Origin: Cyanophora paradoxa CCMP329
Taxonomy: Eukaryota; Plantae; Glaucophyta
DNA: 64,000 bases
NCBI GenBank assembly: GCA_004431415.1
Contig: QPMI01000249.1
Span: 25,079-89,078, forward strand
Direction of reading: 5' to 3'
The position numbers and the translations under genes were made by a program. Below the pieces are notes generated by a model that searched no databases, had not been told where the DNA came from, and saw only the letters and a list, made by a program, of their open reading frames with translations. Positions 12,901 to 22,929 of the stretch are shown piece by piece (the stretch's first letter is position 1; each line of letters opens with the position of its first letter).

Positions 12901-14917
12901 CCCCGCGCCGCCCCGCCCCGCCGTTCCTCTTCTTCCTTGTCCATCCATGTCGCAGGGGCCTCACGCCGCTGCACTTCGCGTGCCACTCGGACGCCGTCGC
13001 CCTCTGCCGGCGCCTCCTCGCCGCGGGGGCGCCCCTCGCCGCCCCCGACCACCACGCCCGCCCCTCCCTCCTCCTCGCCGACCCCTCCGCCTGGCTGCCC
13101 CTCCTGCACGCCGCCCAGGCCGCCGGGCAGGACGTGCGCCCGCTGGCGAACGCGCGGAGCGCGAGCGGGTGGGCGCCGCTCGACGTGGCGGCGCTGCTGC
13201 CGGTCCTCGTCCCCTCCGCCGCCCCCGAGCCCGTCGAGGAGGCCGTCCCCTGGCTCTGCTCCCTCGGCGCCCTCCCCAACGCCGCCGGCGAGGCGCCCCC
13301 GCCCCGCCCCGCCCCGCCCCGCCTCTCGCAGCGGGGGCTTTTCTCAGGCTTCTCCCTCTCAGAGCGGGGAGACGGCGCTGCTGCTGGTGGCGAAGGTGGC
13401 GGCGGCGGCGGAGGGCGCCCCGCCGGCCGCCCTCGTCCGCTCCGCGGGGGCGCTCCTCGCCGTGGGCGCCGACCCCAACGCCCGCCGCCCCGACGGCCTC
13501 ACGTGCGCCCCGCCCCGCCCCCGCTGCGCTCGGCCCCTCCTCCCTGCCCCGCTCCGCTCCGAGATTCCAGCTAGGCTCCGCTGCGCCCCGCCTTGCCCCG
13601 CCCCGCGCAGCCCGGCCCCTTGAAAATTTCCTTAAGCGATCGGGGCAGGGCGCTGCACTGCGCGGCGGCGAACGGGCACGCGGACCTCTGCGCCCTCCTC
13701 ATCTCCGCGGGGGCCGACCCCGCCGCCCCCGACGCCCGCGGCCGGCCCGCCCCGCCCCGCCCCTCGCCCCTCCGGTCCTCCCCTAATCGGACGCTACTCG
13801 GCCGCCGCGCAGGCGCCCCTTCGCCGTCTGCGCCGACGACGCGACGCGGCTCGCGGCGCGCCGGGCTCGCCCCTGCCCCGCCCCGCCGCCTCCGCTGACC
13901 AAGCGAACTCGGACAGATGGTGCGGGCGGCCGGCTCGCAGGGCTCCCTCCCGCTGCCCCCGGAGGACATCGCCCTCGCCGCGTCCGCCCCCCGCCCCGCC
14001 CCGCCCCGCCCCGCCCATCGAAGGTCTAGGCATCGAGGCATCGAGCATCGAGGCTTCACGATTAGATCTTCGCCGTTTCAGCTCCAGCTCTAGCTCCCCT
14101 GCTCTAGCTCTCTGCACCGGCGCCTGTGCCGGGGCGGCCCACAGCGCCTTGCAGGCTGCTGGTCGCCGTGCTGCCCGGGGCCGCCCCGCCGCCCCCCGAG
14201 CCCGAGGCGGACTCCGGCTCCGAGGGCGACTCGGAGGGCCGCGCGGGAGATGCGGGGGCCGTGGAGGCGGCCCCGGCGGGGGCGCGGGAGGGGCGGGGGC
14301 GGGCGGCGCGGGCCCCGCTGGAGGCCCTCCGCGAGGAGCTCACCTGCGAGGTGCGCCGGCCTGCCGGGCCCTCCATCCCAGCGCTAACTGAAGCTGCTCG
14401 CTGACTCCTCGGGCGGGGGCAGGTGTGCCAGGGGCTCTACGAGGCTCCGGCCCTCCTCCCCTGCCTCCACAGGCGCGCCCTCCTGCCCCGCTTTCCTACT
14501 TCTTTCCCGCCCATTTTCATTTGAGCATCTACCGCCTCCTCGCAAGCTCGAGACTGTCTAATTCTCCCCCCTTTGTTTTTCTCCGCCTTTGTTTCCCTCC
14601 TTCCCGCCCACGCGTCCCCGGCGCGCAGCGTCTGCCGGGAGCACGTGGCGGCGCTCTCGCGGTGCCCCGTCTGCCGCCGGCCCTTCGCCCAGGAGCGCGT
14701 GCGCCCGCCCCGCGGCCCGGACCGCCTGCGATCGATGCCCGAACCTCCCTGTCTGGTCTGAAGCCGCGTGTGTTCGCAGGCGCGGTCGAACTTCAAGCTG
14801 CGCGCCGTGGCGGAGGCCTTCCGCGCCCTCGAGCTCGCCGAGCCCCCCGGCGGGGGCGGCGGCGCCCCGGAGGGGAGCGCAAGCCCCGCCCCGCGCGCCC
14901 CGCCCCGCGAAGAGTAG
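9908..14917 (+). CDS. Ankyrin-repeat protein with C-terminal RING finger (putative E3 ligase), multi-exon
   Basis: Many ankyrin repeats (DAGGRSALEMA, DGHGWTALKIAA, GTTALMSAA, TTPLMLAA, DGDTALHGAC, ALHCAAANGH). RING: LREELTCE|VCQGLYEAPALLPCLH|SVCREHV...CPVCR. TAG at 14915-14917, AATAAA at 14933. Confidence 0.85.
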
Positions 14918-15901
14918 CCGCTGCAAGCGCGCAATAAATCGATAATTTTCTGTTCGAGCAGTCGCCGCCGGCCCGCCGGGCCGGCGGGCCTGCAGCAGGA
15001 GGCTAGAAAATAGCTATAGTACGCGCAGACCTAGGGCCTGGGGGCAGTCGGCGGGGGCGCCGGCAGCGAAGGGGTGGAGGAAGCTTTAAGGCGAGGGGCG
15101 AGGGGGGACCCCCGGGCCCCGGCGTGCCGCCTTGTACATGTACAGCTCCATGGCCAGCGCCCGCCGCTCGTCCGCCAGTTCCTCCGGCGCGTACGCGTGG
15201 CCCAGCGCTAGCTCCCCCGCCTCTGGATCTAGCCTAGTTGCGGCGAGCCGGGGATAGGGGGATCCATTGAGCTCGCAGCCTAGACTACCGAATTTACAAC
15301 ACGAGATGCACTCCAATTGCAACACTGTGACACGCGTACGTATACGGCGCTTTAAATTTGTGATTGGGCTCAAGGCGTCAACCACCCGCTCCAGCTCTGC
15401 GAAAAATTGTTTAATCCTCGAGCCCGTGATCGCGATTTCGATCTATCAAGATCAGGCTGACCCCGCGGTCGCGGGCCTCTTCGCGATCGGTTGCGAGGGG
15501 CGGAGGCCGCGGCAGCTTCGAATTCGCTTCGCGGGGGGCCTCCGCGTCCAGCGCCTCCCACGGCCACTCCGCCTCCTCCTCCAGCGCCCGCCCCCGCGGC
15601 CGCTTCAGGTCCCGCGGCGCCTGCCGCTCGCGATCGTCGTCTGGTCCTCGCGATCGGGACGCCGAGGCGGCGGCGCGCATGCGCCCCGGCTCCGAACACC
15701 GATCCCGCGGCTGCGCTCGCACAGGAGCCCCGGCAGCAATATATATATATATATATCAATGGATTGATATTCGAATTCGAATTCGGCGTCGCAGTTCAAT
15801 TTCGGGGAAAATGCCAACATCGAACATCGTACCTTGCTTACAGTAGGAGGAACACTGAGCGGGGGGCCTGAAAATCTGATGAGGAATATTCTTTGTGGAC
15901 G

Positions 15902-16619
15902 TCATGATTGGGCACCGGTACCTTGGGCTCGCGGTCGGGGCGGGGACCAGTTCGGGGGCGTCCCTCCAGCCCAGGGGCCCGACAAATCGCGGAACCGGTC
16001 CGCGTTCAGCACCGACCTGCTCGGCGACGACTCGCGAGGCTCGAATGTGATTTGATTTCTTGTTCACGTTTGCGCATGGCAATATTCAATGCACCCGCAC
16101 TTCTCGACGCGTCCTCGTCCCCGGCCTTTCTGCGGATTCCATTTTCCCGCGCACAGCCTGCGCTTGTGAACAAGGATCTGCTCAGCGATCGCGAGGCATT
16201 TTACACGGCATGTAAGAGAAAGGGCATGAAATTAAACGTGGAAGCGCTCTCACCACTTCCCAGAATTAAAATCGTGGCTCAAATTCCCGCCGCATGAACA
16301 CCTCGGCGGAACGCCGAACTGCGGAAAAGATGCGATATCGACATGCATTCCGCGACTGGCGCGGGCGCGCTGCGCGTGCGCATGCGCACTGTGAGAGCGC
16401 TGGCGACCCTTTCTGCGAGCTCCTGCTTCGTCCCAGTTGTCTTCATTCCATTCTGTCTGCACTCGGAAGCTCGAGCTCGGCTGGCTGCGGAGAAACCGGT
16501 CCCGGCAAGCCGACACGCACGCACCTGAGCATCTCGCTGAGGTCCTTCGCGGATTTCTTCCCGGCCCACTCGCTCGCTTCCCGAAGCTTCGCGTCATCGG
16601 AGACGGCCCGCCCCGCCAT
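15902..16619 (-). CDS. Small standalone PADR1 (PARP1 Zn3)-like zinc-ribbon protein, about 5 exons
   Basis: Manual splicing gives MAGRAVSDDAKLREASEWAGKKSAKDLSEMLR|QNGMKTTGTKQELAERVASALT|FGVPPRCSCGGNLSHDFNSGKW|LCAGKWNPQKGRGRGRVEKCG..., resembling the PADR1 pattern (L..N.....G....L.RVA....FG....C..C.G.L......Y.C.G....W.KC). Confidence 0.6.
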
Positions 16620-16965
16620 GTAATATATATCCTCCAATTCTTCTCCTCGCGACCTCTCCTTCGCGCCTCGCACCGATTTCGCCTTTCGCTCCGATTTCGA
16701 ATTCGCGCCTCCCGCTCCGATTTCTCGCCTCGCTCTGCGGCCGATTTCGCGACTTGCAAAAATTGATTTGGAGAAGAAAAAGAGGAGAAAAGAGAAGGGG
16801 CGAGGAAGGGGATAGAAGAAGGGAAATTCGAAATGGATCGAGGAGAAGATTGAAGGAGAGAAAAATTCGAAGGATCCAGAGGCAGTGGTCTTCGCGATCG
16901 TGCTCCGCCCTTGACATGTACATGTGAGCAAAATTGCAAATTAAAACAATATCAATTGTTCAAGC

Positions 16966-17127
16966 CTCGAACCTATGTGAGCGTCAGCGTAGCATAGGGC
17001 AGTGTATGGCTGCCAAATAAAGGCAGCCTTGCTTACGCACATATGTACAAGGGGCGCACTTACAAGTTATAAGTGCGCCCCTGGGGTACAAGCCTCAGTC
17101 TTGCTTCGCAGCCAAGGCCTCTAAGCT
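16966..17127 (+). repeat. 162-nt structured leader, copy 1 (ends 6 nt before the gag ATG)
   Basis: Identical to 19015-19175 apart from one C in a homopolymer; contains several hairpins. Confidence 0.95.
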
Positions 17128-17133
17128 GAGGTC

Positions 17134-18221
17134 ATGGCTCGCTCGCGGAGGAGCCCATCGTGGGCCCCTCTGTTCGTAGTCGTCTTGACCATCATTCTGC
17201 TCGTCGCCTGTGCCGAGGCGGCGCAGAAACGCAAGTCAACGGCCACTGGTGCGCGCAAGTCGGCCAAACCCAAGACGGCGACGACCCCGCGCCCCAGGCC
17301 CGGAGGTCGTCATCTCGTCTTCAAGCTCCGGCCAACGACAGTGCGGAGGAGGAGCAGCCTGCACCTCCGCCGACGCGATCTCGCAAAGGCAAGGAGAAAG
17401 CCGTGTCGCCGGATCCGGACCAGCAGCAGTCCGACCCAGAAGATGAACCTGAGGACGACGTTGCCGTTAGACTGGCACAGCGTGAGCAGTTCGGTGGCGC
17501 CTACGACGAGGAAGAGCAAGTGGCTGCGCGCAACTTTCCGAACTTGGCGCAAGTGGATCCGGGCGCGGCTGGCCCGTCAACCGGCTTCACCCGTCACCTT
17601 CAAGGCCCTTATGCTGTACCCGCTGGCAACTCGACTGCCCCAACGTCGACCAAACCGGCAGCGGGTGCGCTTCCGCCAGCGTGGGCTGAGCTACTTCAGC
17701 GTGGGATAGATAGCGCGGTCATCAAGCTTCAAGAGCAGCAGCAGCAGCAGCTCGGCGAGCAGCAGAAAGACAACCATGAGGCTATGCAGCTCAAAAACCC
17801 GTGGCTTCGTGAGCTTGCCCTGCAGCTATCGCAGCTTAAGTTTCAGCTCAAGAGATGCTCTTCGTGCACTGCGTGCTACGATCACGTAAAGCAGAGCCTC
17901 AAAATCCTCGACGAGCTCCGGAAGCGGATCGACATTCGCGACAAGGGCGGCGACAAGCTTGCCGAGCGGCTGGCAGGTGTGCCAGAGGAGTATCGGGGCA
18001 CGGCTGCGGCGCTGGCGCACGCGCTCAACATTGCTGGCCCGGAGGCCGCCGGCGGGCGCCCGTATGTGCAGCACGCCAACCCGCGGCCCCAGCACCAGGG
18101 CCGCGATCGCCCGCCGTCGCAGCGCAACAGCGGGATGTGTTTCCGCTGCAACAAGCCCGGGCATGTCGTGAAGGATTGCCCGAACGAGCCGCGCCCCGGC
18201 TGGCGCGACCCCCCCAAGTAG
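17134..18221 (+). CDS. gag: Gag-like protein of the YR retroelement (one apparent frameshift at about 17285-17288)
   Basis: C-terminal CFRCNKPGHVVKDC (CX2CX4HX4C). The ATG-17134 frame joins the 17160 frame if one C is added to the CCCC run. Confidence 0.8.
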
Positions 18222-19014
18222 ACGTGCGCGCCCTTGTGTGGACGCGCAGTTTTCGTTTCGCATTTCGCTAGATACTAGTGTTTCGGTGTGTTCTTGCAAG
18301 CATAAGTATTGCTAGCATATGCAAGTGCAGTCTTCAGAAGATCTAGAGTGTGCGTGTATGCTTCCCTAAACATGCAATACATGTATTATGCTTCAAGGCT
18401 TCCATTTCATGTGATGGTGTGGCCGGGTGCGGCATTGTGGCCGGGTGCGGCATAGTCATTACCAGCCGTGGTGGCGCCGGCGTGCTGTGGCTTTATGCAT
18501 TGGTCCTGTGTGCATTTGCATGTGTTAACACTGTGAAGTGTGACTGTGAGTGTAGTCTACTTTTCTTTTCAATGCTAGTGGCATATATTGCCGTCTGGAT
18601 GACTCCAACCTGGCAGAGCCCCAGCTGACTCCCGGCAACTGACCTGTTTCCAGCACAGGTCAGGAGTGCTGCTGGCTGTCGAGCTCCTGGCCCCTCCGGC
18701 CTTCCCGTGTGTCGCTATCGCATACTGGGCGCTCTGAAATTAACCTAGTGCATTTTGCAGGTGAGGAGTACACAAGGGTACGAAGATTCCATGATGCCAA
18801 CTGTTCCCGCTGATATCGCAGGTTGGCGCATTCATCCAGAAAGTCCATGCCTGTGCAAATGTGTTGTGGCACTGTGGGTGCATTGTGGCACTGTGTGTGC
18901 ATGTGAGCTCAAGACTTGAACCAACAAGCACATTGACACGCTCACTCTTATATTCTTCATGACAAGACATGTTGTGCTTAGCTTGCTGTAAGCAAGGCTG
19001 CCGTGGCAGCCATA

Positions 19015-19175
19015 CTCGAACCTATGTGAGCGTCAGCGTAGCATAGGGCAGTGTATGGCTGCCAAATAAAGGCAGCCTTGCTTACGCACATATGTACAAG
19101 GGGCGCACTTACAAGTTATAAGTGCGCCCTGGGGTACAAGCCTCAGTCTTGCTTCGCAGCCAAGGCCTCTAAGCT
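19015..19175 (+). repeat. 161-nt structured leader, copy 2 (upstream of pol)
   Basis: Direct repeat of 16966-17127. Confidence 0.95.
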
Positions 19176-19243
19176 TCTTCCCGTTCGCGTGTCACCATCT
19201 TCAAGCCAGCGGCTGCATGGACCATCAGCTGTAGCAGTGCTAG

Positions 19244-21208
19244 ATGGGCACCGCGATAATTGGGCATGTCTGCCAATGCAAGGCCTCACCTCACTTTGCA
19301 GGAGGCTTTGTTGCATCCTGCATTCAAGCTGCAGTCCAACAGTGGAGAGCGATTGGAGCCAATGATGTCGTGCTCAACTGGATCTTGCGTGGTTTCCCTT
19401 TGTCAGGAGCGAGGCGGCTGCCAGCAGAGCGCCGGGCCAACCACAAGTCTGCGGCTGTGGACCATCAGGACTTTGTGAGAACCGAAATTCAGAAGCTTTT
19501 GCGCACGGGAGCGATCAGAGAAGTTGAAGAAGCTCAAGTGAACATTGTCTGCTCACTGTCTGTGGTGCCCAAGAAGACTGGATCCAAGTTGCGGCTCATC
19601 TGGGATGGCCGGCCTACCAATAAAGGCCTTCCGGACATCCCCTTCAAGTATGAGACTCTTGAGCATGTTGCAGCCATGCTGCGCCAAGGCTGGTACATGT
19701 TCACTATTGACCTTGAATCTGGATACCACCACGTGCCAGTCTCGCCGCAAGACTGGCGGAACATGGGCTTTGAGTTTGACAGCAAATTCTATGTGTACAC
19801 AGTTTTGCCCTTCGGCCTCAAGCACTCACCGTTTGCATTCGTCAAGATCATGCGACAAGTGGTCAACTACTTCCGCCGCTTTGGCATCTTCGTGGTGAAC
19901 TATGTTGACGACTGGTGGTTTGCTGCTCCAACCTACGAGAAGGCCTGTGAATTGCGGGATTTCGTCCTCAAAACATTTGCTGCCCTCAAGCTTGTGGTCA
20001 ACAGCAAATCTGAGCTCACCCCAGCACAGTCGGTGGCTTTCTTGGGCTTCATAGTGGACTCCGCCCGCATGTTGTTTGAAGTACCCCAAGACAAGCTTGG
20101 TCGTCTGCTTGCTTTGATCAAAGGGCTTCTGAAGAAAAAGAAATCAGCATCTGCACGTGAAATGGCCAAGGTCGCCGGCACCCTTGTGTCCATGGCACGG
20201 GGCTTGGCTCCAGCTCGCATCAAGACCAGGTCCCTCTTTCGATACATCAATGTTGTGGCAAGAGAATGGCATTGGAATCATCCAGTGGAGCTCACCAATG
20301 AGACTCGTCGGGAACTTGAGTGGTGGCTGGCCAACATCCACCGATACAATGGCCGCTGCCCTATTCGGCCTGAAAGGCTCCTTGTGTTGACTACGGATGC
20401 AAGCCATGTTGGTGCAGGAGCCTGGATCACTACCCGAATTGGTGATGCTCAACCTGTGGCTTGGGAGCTTGAGCCTGCCCCATTCCAGTGCCTGTGGAAC
20501 CAAGAAGAAGCTCAGCAAATTTCGTCGTGGCGCGAGTTAATGGCAGTGCTTCGCGCTATGCAGCACTATCAAGGTTTATTGCGCAATCAGAACATCTTAG
20601 TTCGCTCGGACAACACAGTGACTGTGGCCTACATCAACAATGGTGGCGGAAGACATGAATACCTTTGCCGAGTTGCAGCAGCAATTTGGGATATTGCTCT
20701 GCTCAATTGCATCAGCATTGAAGCAGAACACATTCCTGGTGTTGACAATGAGTGGTCCGATGCTTTGAGTCGCTACTTTTACCCCGCCGACTACTCGTTG
20801 AAACCTGGATATTTTGCCATGGTCAGTCGGACATTTGGACCTTTTGATATTGATCGTATGGCCTCATCAGCCAACACTCACCTAAATCGATACTTTTCCA
20901 TTGATTTGAATGATCGACATGCTGAAGGATATGATTGCTTTACAGCAACCTGGCGTGGTGCTCGTAATTACGTCTTTCCGGACCCAAATTTCCTCTTGCA
21001 CCTTGTGTCACATGTCCGCCAGTGTAGGGCCTCGGCAGTTTTTATTGTCCCTCAGTGGCCCTCAGCTCCATGGTGGCCACAGTTGCAGCTTGCCTTGCGT
21101 GCACCTGCAATGGTGCTCGGCCCAGCATATGACGTGTGCTATCGCGGGCCTCGCTCGGCACAGTTACCTTCCTGGATTCTTGTTGCTCTTTATGTGTCGT
21201 GGGAGTAG
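19244..21208 (+). CDS. pol: DIRS-type Pol: reverse transcriptase + RNase H + DNA N6-adenine methyltransferase-like domain (654 aa, intact)
   Basis: RT: IDLESGYHH, LPFGL, YVDD, FLGF. RH: TDAS, RELMAV, SDN, HIPGVDNEWSDALSR. MT: DIDRMAS..N, DCF...W, YVFPDP, VPQWPSAPWW. Confidence 0.95.
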   Translation: MGTAIIGHVCQCKASPHFAGGFVASCIQAAVQQWRAIGANDVVLNWILRGFPLSGARRLPAERRANHKSAAVDHQDFVRTEIQKLLRTGAIREVEEAQVNIVCSLSVVPKKTGSKLRLIWDGRPTNKGLPDIPFKYETLEHVAAMLRQGWYMFTIDLESGYHHVPVSPQDWRNMGFEFDSKFYVYTVLPFGLKHSPFAFVKIMRQVVNYFRRFGIFVVNYVDDWWFAAPTYEKACELRDFVLKTFAALKLVVNSKSELTPAQSVAFLGFIVDSARMLFEVPQDKLGRLLALIKGLLKKKKSASAREMAKVAGTLVSMARGLAPARIKTRSLFRYINVVAREWHWNHPVELTNETRRELEWWLANIHRYNGRCPIRPERLLVLTTDASHVGAGAWITTRIGDAQPVAWELEPAPFQCLWNQEEAQQISSWRELMAVLRAMQHYQGLLRNQNILVRSDNTVTVAYINNGGGRHEYLCRVAAAIWDIALLNCISIEAEHIPGVDNEWSDALSRYFYPADYSLKPGYFAMVSRTFGPFDIDRMASSANTHLNRYFSIDLNDRHAEGYDCFTATWRGARNYVFPDPNFLLHLVSHVRQCRASAVFIVPQWPSAPWWPQLQLALRAPAMVLGPAYDVCYRGPRSAQLPSWILVALYVSWE

Positions 21209-21773
21209 ATTGCAGGCTCTTGCTGCAGAATTCAACTCCTGCTCATCTCTGCTCAGCTTACTTTGTCCAGCAACAGGGATAGAAAGCTTGAGTGGGGGGC
21301 TTTAAAAAGAAGAAGAAGAAATGTAGTCTGACATACCCTTGACTCTGGTGATGCAGGTGCTCGTCTGGGGGTGAGCAAATGCAGTAGTAGGCAACATCCT
21401 CTGCCTTGTCTGATGTAGCAGAGCAGAGTGACACTGGTCAATTGCTGCGCTCGAGGACATCAGCTAGCGCACGCTGCAGAGTGAGTCTTGCGGACATAGA
21501 ATGATTGAACATTAGTGATCAATTGTTGATCAATTATTCATCAAAAGATATCAATGGTTGGCACTAACAATGGCTTAAAGATGACTGAAGGCATAGTAAA
21601 CAATGGGCATTGCTAACACACATTGAAAGCGGCTAAGCAAAGCCGCTCGAGCGGCTAGGGAACAAGCCGCTCAGCAAGTTACACAGCTTGCCCTCGCTTG
21701 TGAGCGAGGGAGACAAGCGCCGACAGCACAGCAAAGGCGCACAACTGCGAAGCAAGACTCTAAGACTAGACAA

Positions 21774-22773
21774 TCAACTACTGCGCCGAGTACGCGCGAC
21801 TTGCTGCCGACATGACTGCAGCGAAGCTGACGGGCCAGCGTAACGAGCACCAGGCCTAGCCATGAGCGCAGCCAAGGGCGGGCGCTCAGCAGAATCGATA
21901 TAGCGTCGGTAGACCGCTGACAACAAAGACCAGCGACCAACCGCTTGAACAAGCTCTTCAGGCACGCCCGCCGCAGCCAGAGCAGTAGCTCCACCGCGAC
22001 GCAAGCCATGAGGTGTGATACCAGTGGCGTCCAAGCCCGCCGCGTCAAATGCGAACCGGAGAACATAGGCCACGGTCTGAGCTGACAGAGAACGAGCTGC
22101 GTCCCGAAGCTGCCCAAAAAGAGGTGCGCCCGGATCCGCGAGCGCTACAGTCCGCAAGTAGGTTCGAAACCAGAACACCGGACAGATGACCGACTCTGGG
22201 ACAGCGCCCAAGACAACTTGCGCGCCTTGGCGACGACGATCGGTCTTGGAACCGGCAATGAAGAGCACGACGCGATCCGCGCGGATGGACACATCTTGCC
22301 GCCGGAGTGCCACGATTTCGCCACGCCGCAACAGGCCAAAGAAACCGGTAAGCAACATCACAAGGGCGCGAAGGAGCTTGTTTGAGGGGGAACGAGCGTA
22401 GGTACGAGCAATCGCCTCCAGGTGGACGGACGTGACCAATGCAGATTGCTTTGCTGGTTTTCCACAAAGTCGGGCGATTCCTTGCAATGTTTGCAGCACA
22501 AGGGGTGAGCAAATGCAGTAGTAGGCAACATCCTCTGCCTTGTCTGATGTAGCAGAGCAGAGTGACACTGGTCAATTGCTGAGAGACCGTACTCTTCATC
22601 AGCAAGAGCACCAGCAGTGTTGCGACGCCAGAAGCTGTTGGTGGCCAGGCTGGAATGCAGTGAACCGCGCAATGGCCTTCATAGAGGACGACCCAGCGGG
22701 CGTAGAGGCTTTGGGTTCGCTCGCTCACAGAGTTTGTTCTGTAGAAAGTGACCCGGTTGAGCAGATCAGCCAT
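21774..22773 (-). CDS. Tyrosine recombinase of the retroelement (two apparent frameshifts, near 22610 and 22502)
   Basis: Catalytic set LRRGE (R), SKTD (K), HGLRRGG (HxxR), GRW, YRRY (Y). The N-terminus is spread over three frames: MADLLNRV.../LADEEYGLSAIDQCHSALL.../PLVLQTLQGIAR. Confidence 0.9.
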
Positions 22774-22929
22774 ACGAGCACCTGCATCACCAGAGTCAAG
22801 GGTATGTCAGACTACATTTCTTCTTCTTCTTTTTAAAGCCCCCACTCAAGCTTTCTATCCCTGTTGCTGGACAAAGTAAGCTGAGCAGAGATGAGCAGGA
22901 GTTGAATTCTGCAGCAAGAGCCTGCAATC

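Noticed and set aside
15086-15722. Possible small minus-strand gene (ELADERRALAMELYMYK)
   Set aside because: Coding-like fragments only; structure and identity are unsupported.
16966-19175. Leader repeats as classical LTRs or as a retron msr/msd
   Set aside because: No TG..CA ends, TSD, PBS or PPT; the RT is DIRS-type with RH, MT and YR, not retron-type.
21774-22773. Natively antisense YR as in kangaroo-like elements
   Set aside because: The inverted YR is preceded by its own inverted RH-MT copy, so the native order is pol then YR on the same strand; the inversion is secondary.
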